A DNA stretch of 64,000 nucleotides from Piromyces finnis finn (taxonomy: Eukaryota; Fungi; Neocallimastigomycota), in NCBI GenBank assembly GCA_002104945.1, contig MCFH01000057.1, positions 186,001 to 250,000 of the forward strand. Direction: 5' to 3'. How positions within the stretch are numbered: position 1 is the first letter of the stretch; each line of letters opens with the position of its first letter. A program made the translations under genes and the position numbers. Shown one piece after another: positions 27,866-41,037 of the stretch. The notes under the pieces are model-generated. The model was not told the DNA's origin. It saw nothing but the letters and a program-made list of their open reading frames with translations, and ran no database searches.

Positions 27866-29711
27866 ACTAGAATACATTCTACCCAATTTTTATTCATTTA
27901 TGTTTATTTAAATATGTTTTTTTTAACTTTTATTTTTAATTTTTATAAAATGTAGTATAATTTTAATTAATAAAGTTTAAAAATATTTTGATGCATTAAA
28001 AAAAAAAAAAAAAATTCAGAGTGCATTTCTCCCATCCATCCACCCATCAGAGTAAGCACCAATGGTAGTTCTTAGAGAATCGTTGGCTCTTTCCAATTAC
28101 TAGGTGGTTGTGACCCTCCAGGTCTATCATACTGAATCTTCAGCTTCGATCTGTCTATTTTTTCTATTTTCATTTTCTTTCTATAATATATATTTTTCCT
28201 CATTAGATATAAAGTATTATCCATAAAAATATTTTCCATTATGCAAATAAATAATATGCAGTATTTTCATTTTACAGTAATATTTAAAGTAATTAATAAT
28301 TTTTGTTTTTTTTTTTTTAAATAAAGTTTGACACATAATAATATTTATTAGAATTGGCCTAGATTTGTTTATGTTTGTGGTATGCATTTTATACATGCAT
28401 TTTATGTATGTATTTTATAATTTTATACATGCCTTTTATATATGTATTGAATTGTATATTTATTAATGGCTAATTTTGTTTTTCTCTTATTATAATAATG
28501 AATATTAAAAAAAAAAAAAAAGTTATGTTCCTAAACATTGTATAAACTAAATAATAATATGAAGAGCAAAGTTTAAATTAGTACTTTTTTTTAATATTTA
28601 ATTCATTTGTTCAACATATAAATTATGTATATTTTGTTTTTTTTTCTTTCTTTTTATTCAATCAATTATAGTTTTCCATCTTTAGTATTTTAAATTAAAT
28701 AAATTATAAAAGTTTTTTTTTTCTTTTTTTTATTTTTAATATTATTATCTTTGTTAAAAAAGTGACCTTTTTTCTCATTTAGAAAGTTTGAATTTGTTTC
28801 AATCAAACCTATCATGAGATATAACATGTGATATACAAATGATTTTTATATAAATTTTAATTATTATATTTTTATTTATTATTATTTATATTATTAATAT
28901 ATTATACTATTTAAATTAATTTATGATAATAGTTCTATGTTCATAAATCTATTAATAAAATTAATTAAATTTATTAAAAATTTTAATTAATAATAAAATT
29001 AGTCATTTTCCAATTTTTTGTTAATTTTAAATTCTATCTAATTGAAATATTTGAAAAAAAAGTTTTGTTAAAAAGTTTTAAAGTTCATTTCATTATTTTC
29101 CCTTGGTACCTTGTTGGAATAACCAAGAAAAGAAAAAAAAGTCAATGATTCAATGCTAATAATCAAGAAAAGAAAATCAATGATTCAATAAGATTCAATA
29201 CTAAATTAAAAAGATTTAATACATTAATCTTTATTTTTTTTTTTTTACATCTTTTTTATTATTAAAATCATTATATCTTTTATTAATATTATTTTACATC
29301 TTTTTTTTTCTTTTATTTTTTTATATCTTTTTTCTTCATTTCAACATTTGTCGTTTTTTTTTTTTTTTAGGTAAAATTCTGCCTAAACTTTAAATAAAAT
29401 TCTTGTTAAAAATTCTTAGAATTAAAGTTTGAAAAAAAAAATTTTTTTTTTGTGATACATTTTATAATTAAATTTTTTTTTTTTTTTTTTTTTTTTTTCT
29501 TTTAAAAAACAAAACAAAGCAAATTAACAAAATTGTACATTTTATACAAAAAGCAAGAGATTTATTATTATTTTATTAAAAAAAAAAAAAAAAAAAAGAA
29601 AGAGAAAGAAATATATAAAAATAAAAATAAATATAAAAATAAAAATAAAAATAAATATAAAAATAAAAATAAATATAATTTTAAAAAAAAAGAATATTAA
29701 AAATTAAATTA

Positions 29712-29713
<2 letters not shown>

Positions 29714-29745
<32 letters not shown>
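29714..29745. repeat. (AAT)n microsatellite
   Basis: Direct reading. Confidence 0.85.
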
Positions 29746-29749
<4 letters not shown>

Positions 29750-30214
29750 TTACAAAAAAGTATTCCATTGATAGTATGAATTAAATATAACTTTTAATAC
29801 AAGGAAATTAAAAAAAAAAAAAATATATATATATATAATTTGTATAGTAAAGAAAACAACAAAGATATAGAAATACCTTTCTTTTTTTAAAAAAAAAAAC
29901 ATTTCACAAAAAATTATTAAAAAAAAAATAAAAAAAAAAAATTTCAACTAAATTTTAAAAAAAAAACTAGCCAAAGAGGTTTCATTATCTTTTATAATTA
30001 TAAAAACATTATATAGTCTATTTCCATAATAAGGAATAAATAATGTATATTCAAATAATATTTTATTAAGAAATAAAATACTTAATAATACGAAAAATAC
30101 TCTCTATATTTTCAAATATTACTATTATACTTTAAATAATAAATTAAAAAAATTCCAATGGTTTTTTTTTTTTTTTAATGAATTTAAAGTCAAAAAACTA
30201 AAACGCCAATCAAA

Positions 30215-33200
30215 ATGAGTAATAATATATCAGTAGTGTCTTCTCCTCTTAAGGAATCTGTAGAAAATAATGAATTATTTCCAAATTATGATAAAATAGA
30301 AAATAACACTGGAAATAGAGATAATGAAAGTATCAGTAATAAAAATAAAAAAGAACAAAATGTAACTTTTATGAGTGATAAAAGTAGTAAAAAGAAAAAA
30401 CGTGCTCTAAGATACAGAAATCAGATAAATCGTCTTATGAAGCAATCCAATGATATTAAAAATTCATATAAACCTGGAATTTTTGAAGAAGTTATTAATG
30501 GTCCTCGAGGACCGGATATTCGTTTACATAGGCATAATCTTATTGTAGGTTTATTAAAATTATTTTTAATATTATTTCTTACAGCAGGTATCGTTCTTTT
30601 AAGTGTTATTATGTTATGTATTATTATCAATGTTGGTTATGTTTGTGTACAGATTGATAATGTAAACTCAGCATTACAACTATTGTTCTTTGCCTTTTAC
30701 TATGATGCAATTTATTATATTTCAAAATCTTTTTGGAGAACGTATTTAAGATCATTACATACTATTATTAATGCAAATTTTGGCGCATCTATTTATGATA
30801 TCTTTATCAAAAGAATTTTGGGTTATTTTATTAGTTTGAAAATTTCAGTGTGGACTATGCCTGAAAGATATCAAAGTCATCCAAAGGATTGGTATGAAAA
30901 AATAAATTTAATTGTATTTATCCTATTTCTTTTCATTTTAGCTTTACCTGTTCTTATCATTGCTATTGTTTGTGGTTATTGGAAGGTTACAGAAGTGGTA
31001 TGTTTAACTTTTGTAGGCGGTGGTGCAATAACCATCGTCTTTTTAAATTTATTTTCTCGTGTTGTTCTTTTCACCAAATTCTTTAGAAGATTAGATGAAT
31101 TTTATTATAATGCTCCCTTCTTTGTTGATATCAACGAACGTATTGATAATCAAACTAGCTATTTACGTTTAACATATTGTACAACGAATGGATTGGATGG
31201 AGGTGAAAAATCAATCAACTATATCTTGGACCTCATCATTCATATGATCATTGTAATTGGTGTGGCAGCTTTCATTTTTGGAAGCTTTGATCCAGATGTA
31301 TGGAAGATCACCGCAATTATTGTTATACTTATTATTTTGTTACCTATTAGATACAGGGTTCAAGTAAAAAAATTTTTAGTAAAATTGCATATTCTTTCCC
31401 AGGATAAAGAAAACAAGAAATATGAAAATACTAAAAATAGAGTAAATGCAGAAATGGATGCTATGCGAAAAACTTATTTAGATAATAGAAAAGTCGATCA
31501 AGATCTTGGCTCCAGCGCATCTATTAAAAGTCCACGCTCCGTAAGTTCAATTTCATCAAGTCAACCAACCAGTCCTTCAAATCCCCTACCAAAAAGCGGA
31601 TGGAATAGAATAAATATAAGAGAAATAAAAAATTTGGAAAATAAAGAAACTCTTTCCCCTCAAATTAATGCAACAAATGGTCAAGAGGGATCAGAGAGTA
31701 TTCAAATAAATATTACTTCGCCAGACGATCCATCTTCTCCATCGATCAACAGTAGTCGTCCTTCATTAACCCCAGTCAAGGATAAGAAACACAGTATAGA
31801 TAGTAGTCATAGTGTGGATGCATCATCTCCTGTGAAATCTATAAGTTCTTCCTTCCCGGAAATTCGTGGTAAGCCATTAAATAACGGCCAAGATTATTTA
31901 AATTCCAATTTAAGTCTATCCAATTCTATAAAATCTTCTGTCTATTCCTCCAATATAGCCATTGCTTCCAATGAAGATCATTTTGCCTATATTTTACAAT
32001 CGGATAAATCCTACATTCGTCGTAAAGCACTTTTAACTTGGGATATTAAAACTTTAATTTCATGGAAAGGTTGTCTCACCGTTTTCTTATCAAGATGTGT
32101 AAAATATATTGTTGGTATTACTTTAATGGCCATATTAAACTACTACAGATATTCTGTAGGTTCTGATGAAGTTACCACAAGTCATCATCTTTTAAAAGAT
32201 ATAATTACTCATATTGTTTTCATTATCGTTGTATTATCCCAAGATATTATCTATTTAATCCCTATGAATACTAGTAAATTTTCCATGAAAGTAAGAAAAA
32301 TAACGTTCCTCCTTCTATTAATATTTGAATTGATCTTGGTAGTTAGTATGCGTGTTATCATTAAAAATATTTATATTCCAATGGCTTTTATTGTATTGGC
32401 TTATGCTAACTTCACAGTTTATCCTGATCCTCGTTATACCTGGGACGATGAAAATGTACCACGTAAAACTCTCTTTGATCTTTTCAGGCCGCAAATTGAT
32501 TTACGTTCTGATATTTCATTTAGACATTTTGTAAAACAAAAAGGATATAACAAATCAAAAGCACGTAAAATGTACAGGAAAAATAAAAAATATCGTCCAG
32601 TACAAATAACCGGTAAACCAAGAGAGAATGCCAAGACCAAAGATGATAACAATAGTTCGGAGACGAATTCCAATTCTAATGCAACTGAAAATAATAGTAA
32701 TTTACAACAACAGGCGGGAGAACAAACAAGTATTCATTCAGAGGAACATAAAGATACACCAAACCAGACCCTTCCTACAGCAACTCTGGAATTAACAGGA
32801 TTAAATGATGAAGCTATCCATGTCAATGAAAATAAAGAAAAGAATTCCGTTTCCATTCGTTCCGATAACAATGTCTATATTGATATTCCAAATGCCAATC
32901 CCTATGAATTCCATAAAAAGTATGATCCTTCTGCCGAATTTAATAAGGTGGTCAACTATATTAAAGATGAAATGCAATATAAACGTAATACTCGTGCTCG
33001 GTATAACAGTATCGCCATCATTATTGTTATCGCCATAACTATTTTATTGTCCATTATCATTGGTATTATTTTTGCCCAAACCACTCAAGAAGAAGATTAT
33101 TCCCTAGACCCTGAAACCACCATATTTCATCAAAAGCCTGCCATATGTCAATGGCGTGGTAATGATATTTCCATTAATGAATTTGCAGCGCTTTCTTGTG

Positions 33201-33976
33201 CCTGTTACTATTCAACCATGGAAGATATTACCTATTCTTGGCAGTATGGTCGTCCGCAATCCTCTTCGAATAACTTTACGATTGGAGAAAATAGTCTCAA
33301 TTCCAATTCCGGAGGTGTACAATATGTTGATTTTGTTAATAAAGAAAAAGATATCATTGTAGTTGCCGTTCGGGGTACCAGTACAGTGGAAGATATTTTC
33401 CAAGATATATATATTTGGAGTGCCTCCTCCCTACTTCAACTTTCTGGATTCTTTGGTACTTTTATAAAATTTTGGCCACGAGATACCATAGCTTCATTGG
33501 TTCGTTTTATTGTAAAACAATTTACCAATCTTCAATTGTTATATTGGGTGAATGTTGAAGAACATATCAAAAAATTACAAGAAACCACCAATTCTACCAT
33601 TTATTTAACTGGTCATTCTTTGGGTGGTGGAGTAGCCGGGGTAATATCAGCCCATTTAAATATACCAGCCATTACTTTTTCTTCTCCTGGTCTTGGTTTT
33701 TCCTATAAAACCTATGATATTGAATTAGAAAAATTAATTAGAAACTTTGTAAATGTTGTTCCGATGTCTGATCCTGTACCCCTATTAGATAGTCAAGTTG
33801 GTCAAATTCAAAATATTGAATGTAATACAGAACAACCTTTATCTTGTCATAGTATTTATAATACCATGGATACATTAAATGCCATGTGTCATGAATCCTC
33901 CGTCTATCGCTATTGGGATGATACTGCTGAAGCAAAAATTAATGGAGAAGACCTTCCATATATTATGCCATATTAA
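30215..33976 (+). CDS. Intronless 1253-aa multi-pass membrane protein with a C-terminal class 3 lipase domain
   Basis: About 11-12 hydrophobic segments by eye, then IVVAVRGT, nucleophile motif GHSLGGG, FSSPG, candidate Asp in SDPVP and His in CHSI. Confidence 0.9.
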   Translation: MSNNISVVSSPLKESVENNELFPNYDKIENNTGNRDNESISNKNKKEQNVTFMSDKSSKKKKRALRYRNQINRLMKQSNDIKNSYKPGIFEEVINGPRGPDIRLHRHNLIVGLLKLFLILFLTAGIVLLSVIMLCIIINVGYVCVQIDNVNSALQLLFFAFYYDAIYYISKSFWRTYLRSLHTIINANFGASIYDIFIKRILGYFISLKISVWTMPERYQSHPKDWYEKINLIVFILFLFILALPVLIIAIVCGYWKVTEVVCLTFVGGGAITIVFLNLFSRVVLFTKFFRRLDEFYYNAPFFVDINERIDNQTSYLRLTYCTTNGLDGGEKSINYILDLIIHMIIVIGVAAFIFGSFDPDVWKITAIIVILIILLPIRYRVQVKKFLVKLHILSQDKENKKYENTKNRVNAEMDAMRKTYLDNRKVDQDLGSSASIKSPRSVSSISSSQPTSPSNPLPKSGWNRINIREIKNLENKETLSPQINATNGQEGSESIQINITSPDDPSSPSINSSRPSLTPVKDKKHSIDSSHSVDASSPVKSISSSFPEIRGKPLNNGQDYLNSNLSLSNSIKSSVYSSNIAIASNEDHFAYILQSDKSYIRRKALLTWDIKTLISWKGCLTVFLSRCVKYIVGITLMAILNYYRYSVGSDEVTTSHHLLKDIITHIVFIIVVLSQDIIYLIPMNTSKFSMKVRKITFLLLLIFELILVVSMRVIIKNIYIPMAFIVLAYANFTVYPDPRYTWDDENVPRKTLFDLFRPQIDLRSDISFRHFVKQKGYNKSKARKMYRKNKKYRPVQITGKPRENAKTKDDNNSSETNSNSNATENNSNLQQQAGEQTSIHSEEHKDTPNQTLPTATLELTGLNDEAIHVNENKEKNSVSIRSDNNVYIDIPNANPYEFHKKYDPSAEFNKVVNYIKDEMQYKRNTRARYNSIAIIIVIAITILLSIIIGIIFAQTTQEEDYSLDPETTIFHQKPAICQWRGNDISINEFAALSCACYYSTMEDITYSWQYGRPQSSSNNFTIGENSLNSNSGGVQYVDFVNKEKDIIVVAVRGTSTVEDIFQDIYIWSASSLLQLSGFFGTFIKFWPRDTIASLVRFIVKQFTNLQLLYWVNVEEHIKKLQETTNSTIYLTGHSLGGGVAGVISAHLNIPAITFSSPGLGFSYKTYDIELEKLIRNFVNVVPMSDPVPLLDSQVGQIQNIECNTEQPLSCHSIYNTMDTLNAMCHESSVYRYWDDTAEAKINGEDLPYIMPY

Positions 33977-35704
33977 GAAAGAAAGAAAGGAAAAAAAAAA
34001 AAAGAATTTTTTTTTCCCTTCAATCTATAGAGTAATTAATATATATATACCAAAGTATAAAATTTTTATTTATAAAAAATACACCCCTTTTTTTTTTATT
34101 TATATTTTTAACCTACAAAATAATATACCTACCTACCTACCTACCTACATATATATACACACCTACATTTATATAAATATCTATATACAACAAATAATCT
34201 ATATTAGTATAAGCTTAGACAATTTGAAAATCTTTTTTTTTTTTATATTAGTATTGTTTATTATTCCCATGAATATTATGAATAATAAAAAAAAAAAAAA
34301 AAAAGCATAGTATATAATTTTACATTTATTATTTTTCAATAGATAATATATTTTTTTTAAAAAAAAAAAAAAATTAAAGTGGTTTAATTTACATTTATAG
34401 TAATTATTAAAAGAAAAAAAAATAAAAAAAAAAAAAAAAAAAATTTCTTATTATAAAGGAAGTTATTCTATTTTTTTTTTTTTTATTATTATTGAAAAGA
34501 TATATAAAAAAATAAAATAAAAATTAAAAAACTAAATAAAACTCAAATAAAAAAAAAAAAAACACTTTAAAAGTATTTTAGTTTTAATACATTAAATAAA
34601 AGGCTTTTTCATTAATTTTTTTATTAATATGGTAACATTAAAAAAAAAAAAAAAAAAGGATAGTTTATAATATTAAACCAATAAATGACTTTTTTTTTTA
34701 TATATATATAATTTTGTTAAAAAAAATTAATAATTATTAAAAATAGATATATTTATTTTCTAGTCATGTAATTTTACTATTTGGAATTAGTTTTTGAAGG
34801 GTATAGTGATTTCATAAACTATTAAATATATAAATCACATAGTTCGTTTTTAGTATTTAAAAGAATTATTTTAAAAAATCATAACATTAAATAAACCATT
34901 TTAACTCTTTTTCCCTAATTTCTTTTCAATCAATAATGAATAAAAGACATATATTTATATTTATTTATATATATATATATATTTTTTTAATAATATACAA
35001 CTTTTTTATTTTTTCTTTTTTTTTTTTTTTTTTACCTGTAATTACATACTTTAATATTTTTTTTTTAAAAAAAAAAAAGGCGTACAAAAGAAAAAAACTT
35101 TATAAACCTTTTGTCCCATCATTTCAAAGTTTTTGAAAAAAAAAAAAGATTATTTTTATTTTTTAGTGTAGTATTGTCAATTAAATGTGTATAATAATAA
35201 TAATTATTTAACAGATAAGTTAAAAAATTATGTATGTAGATGCTGTTGTTATTTAAGAATATATATCGGTAATGAGAAAAAATTGTAAAAACCATTTTAA
35301 TATCAATAGATGTTAAAATATAAGGATATGAAATTAAATTAATAAAAAAGATAATAATAATAAAATAATAGTTGGAAAAAAAAAAAAAACTATGAATTAT
35401 AGATAATAAATTATTTTAAATAATGATTAATAAATTAAAATTTAAAATAATGAATGTTAAAAATTATACTTTTTTTTTTTTTATAAAATAATTATATATA
35501 ATAGATATTAATACGGATAATAATTAAAAATAGATAAATATTATAATATTCTTAGGTAAATGTCTTTATAGAATTTTTAAATAAAGGGGAAAAAAAATTT
35601 AAAGATATATATCTTGTTGTCCATAGAGAAGAATTTCTATATCGTCCTATTTTTAAAAATCTCCCTTTTTTTTTTTTGGTTTTAATTATATATATATATG
35701 CTTT

Positions 35705-37035
35705 TTAATTTAAACATTTGCCGTATTTTGGTTGACAACCCTTAGCACAGTAATCCTTAGCGGAGCCACACCAACCATATTTACTACAACATAATCCTTT
35801 TGGACATTTTCCATAACCTTCACCACATTTTCCTGCAATCTTTTTAATGGTAGAAGTTGTTTTAGCTTTTTTAGTCAAAGTTTTGGAAGTTTTTTTAGTT
35901 ATGGTATTTTTGGTAGTAGAATTGACTTTTTTAGAAGCGCTAGTCTTTTTTGAAGTAGTAGTTGTGGTAGATTTTTTGGTTTCTTTAGTAGATGAACTAT
36001 CATTTTGACATTTACCAAATTCAGATTGACAACCCTTAGAAATGTAGCAATGATCCTTTGTAGAACCACACCATCCATACTTACTACAACAATGTCCTTC
36101 ACTACAACTTCCAATATCCTTACCACACATACCTTTAACAACCTTTATAGTTGGTGTTGGAGTGGTGGTTGTAGTAGTTTTTGAAGCAGTTGGAATAGAT
36201 AAGGTAATAAACTTTGTTGCTAAAGTTGAAGTCATTCTATTACCTTCATCACAGAATTCCTTGGTAGTACCACAGTAACCATATTTAGAACAGCAAGCAC
36301 CTAAATAAAAATAATAAATAAATTTTAGTTTATGTAAAGTAATAAATAGATACAACCCTATATTTATATCTATTTATAGGTCTATTATTTTAAAAGATAT
36401 TTACCGTTTAAGCAAGGACAATCATTAGAACATCTATTTTGAAGGTATAAGGAGTGACAAACAAATAATTGACGAGTTTGGTCTTTGTATTCGGGTAAAC
36501 AATCACCAAATTGACAACCAACACCACAATATTCGATAGATTCACCACAATGACCTTGATTCATTTGATTAATTTCAAAAAAAAAATTTTTTTTAATCAT
36601 TATATATATTTTCAATAAATTATATTAAAAAAAAAAAAAGGGAATCGTTATTTTAATGTCTATCATTATTCATATTGAATACATACTGTAGTATGAACAA
36701 CATTGATGATATTTATCTTTTTCTAATTCCTTTTCAGATAATTTTGAATTTCTATATTGTTCTTTTAATTTTTTTTTTTTTTTTTAAAATATATATATAT
36801 ATATTAATTAATATTATAGATAATAAAATTAATATTGGTAAGTTTTAGTGTATTGTATTTTTTAATTTTTAATAAATCAATATTTATATATATAAAAAAA
36901 CATACTTTTTAAAGGACATTTCTTGTAAACGTTACATCTACCAACTCCTGGATCTTGATCTGGACCCATTTCTTGGTTAGCAAAAGTACCAAAAATGAAT
37001 AAAGTAAAGGTAATAAATAATGTATAAAACTTCAT
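35705..37035 (-). CDS. Secreted multi-CBM18 (hevein) chitin-binding protein with no catalytic domain, 4 exons
   Basis: ATG at 37035, signal peptide MKFYTLFITFTLFIFGTFA. Spliced RCNVYKKCPLK|NKYHQCCSYY|SHCG...CQFGDC...RCSNDCPCLNG|ACCSKYGYCG, then two canonical CCSKYGWCG domains separated by Thr/Lys-rich linkers. Confidence 0.88.
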
Positions 37036-37473
37036 TTTTTAAAAAAAAAAAAAAATAATAATAATAAACTTGAGAGTCTTTTAAAATATTATGAATTAAA
37101 GTTGTTTTAAATGATATATTTAAAATAAAAAAAAAAAAACTAATAATATTATAAATAATAATAAATTTAATTAAATAGTTCTTAAACTGATATATTTATG
37201 CTTATATTTTATAACTAATTTCAATTATTAGTTTCAATTGAATTTTAATTAAAAAAAAAAGTTTCTTTTTCTTAACTATTTAAAAAAAAAAAAAAAAAAT
37301 ATTTTTTGGTTTAAATATTAAAATTAATTTTTTTTTTTTTTCCTTTTTTAAAAAAAATATTTTTTTTTTTTATAATTTATATATTTTTAGTAATTAATCT
37401 TTTTTTTTTTTTATTAATTTTTATTATATATTTGTATTGAAATGTCGAAAAATATTAATAAATAATATATATA

Positions 37474-37507
<34 letters not shown>

Positions 37508-38467
37508 ACATTACATATATTACTTTTCTGTTTTATTGCCTATTTAAAATAAAAGTTGCAAAGGACTACATAAAAATTAGTATCATTTGGATGTTGTTAC
37601 ATTTAGAATCAAAAGTTTTTTTTTAATACTATACTATATTATTAATATAATACAAATAATACTATTATAATAAACATATTTATTTAATATTTCTTAAAAA
37701 AAAAAAAAAAGCACTCTTCTTTATACGAACAAGTGTAATAATAAAAAATAATACCTTTTTCATCAATCTTTTTTTTTTTTTTGCATAAAAATCGCTTGTA
37801 TCTTTTTTAATTAATTATTCCTTTTTTTTAAATTAAATTCTTTTAATGTATGATACATTAATTGTTTTTTATATTAAATAAAGTTTAATAATTTAATTTA
37901 TTTATTAAATGTAACATAATTATGTATACAAAGTGGCTAATTATGCAATACTTACATTAACTAATGTAGTAGTAAATCAATTAAAAACTTTAAATGTTTC
38001 AAATTTAATACAAATAAAAATATATTAAAAGCATATATTAATAGTATATTCATAATATATTTTAATATATACTAATTAAATAGAAAAATTTATTCATTTG
38101 ATAGATTAAATATTGTAAAAAAAAAAAAGTGACAGATAATGAAAAGGAAAGATATTATATATAAAATAAAACAAAAAAAAAAAAAAGAAAAAAAAGAAAG
38201 GAATACTATAAGTAATATGAATAAATAAGAAAAATGAAATGAGAAAATAATTCTATTCTATAATTTTAAAAAAGGTTTAGTTAAAAAAGTTAAAATGATT
38301 AAGAAAGTAATTTTTAAAGTATTTAAAAGTTTTTTTTTTTTGACACTAAATAAGTTCAAATTTATTTTTATTTTTATTTATTTGATATTTGCTATAGAAA
38401 GTTATATATAAAGAGTTAAAATTCCTTTTTTTTTTTTTTTTTGATAGTTTGATAATAAGAGTATGGC

Positions 38468-39841
<1,374 letters not shown>

Positions 39842-40590
39842 TTATTTAATTTTTTTTTTTATTTTCTTTTGTATATACTTTAAAAAAATGATATTAAAAA
39901 TGTCAATAACTATAATAATAAAATAAAAAAAAAAAAGATTAATAGAAAAATAGGCAAAGATAATTATCAATTTTTATATTAACATAAAATATAAAGGTTT
40001 TTAATAAATACTTAATTAAATATAAACTTTAATTTATTATTTTTTTTTATTAATATTAAAGAGAATAAGAAAAGAAATAATTATTGCATTTGAATTATTA
40101 TAATAATTTTAAAGTTGTAAAGTTGTTAAAAAATAAACTTTTCATTATTTTAGAGTTTAATAAATTCATTAATGTTAATTAAAAAAGAAATATCTTTTTA
40201 ATTTATAATTAAAAAAAAAAAAAAAAGCATTTTTATTTATTATACTTTTTTATAAATATTTTAAATATTTCTTTTTCTTACTTTTTAAAAAAATATTTCA
40301 AATTAAACAATTAAAAATTTAATTATATCGATAGACTAAAAGATCAATAATAAAAGTATCAATTCAATTCCGAAAAAAAAAACTTTTAATAAAGAAAGAA
40401 AATAAAAAAAATGCTAGATTTTAACATTACTATATTTATTAAAATAAAGTTAATTAATTAGCCTATTAAACAAAATGATAATTAAATATTAAAATTTCAT
40501 TATTATCATTATGATGATACTTATTATTATATAAATGAAACCTTATCCTATTGATTTAAATAAAGTATTTATAGGAAATGTTGAATAATA

Positions 40591-40835
40591 TTTTATTTTA
40601 TTTTATTTTATTTTATTTTATTTTATGTTATTTTATTTTATTTTATTTTATTTTATTTTATTTTATTTTATTTTATTTTATTTTATTTTATTTTATTTTA
40701 TTTTATTTTATTTTATTTTATTTTATTTTATTTTATTTTATTTTATTTTATTTTATTTTATTTTATTTTATTTTATTTTATTTTATTTTATTTTATTTTA
40801 TTTTATTTTATTTTATTTTATTTTATTTTATTTTA
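40591..40835. repeat. (TTTTA)n pentanucleotide microsatellite, 49 units, one variant
   Basis: 245 nt of TTTTA with a single TGTTA at 40626-40630. It explains the ILFYF ORFs 40578-40862 and 40625-40876. Confidence 0.98.
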
Positions 40836-41037
40836 TGTATAAAGAGATTTTTATATATTTAATTTTTGAATTATAAAAGGAAAACTATTGTTATTTACTA
40901 TATATATTATTTTTTTAAAAAAAAAAAAAAACAGTGTGAACTTCTCCATCCATATATTACACATATAATATACATTTTCTTTTATATATAATTTTATATT
41001 TATATCTATTTATAATTATATATATATATATATTTTT

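Noticed and set aside
40578-40876. ILFYF repeat ORFs
   Set aside because: Translations of the (TTTTA)n microsatellite.
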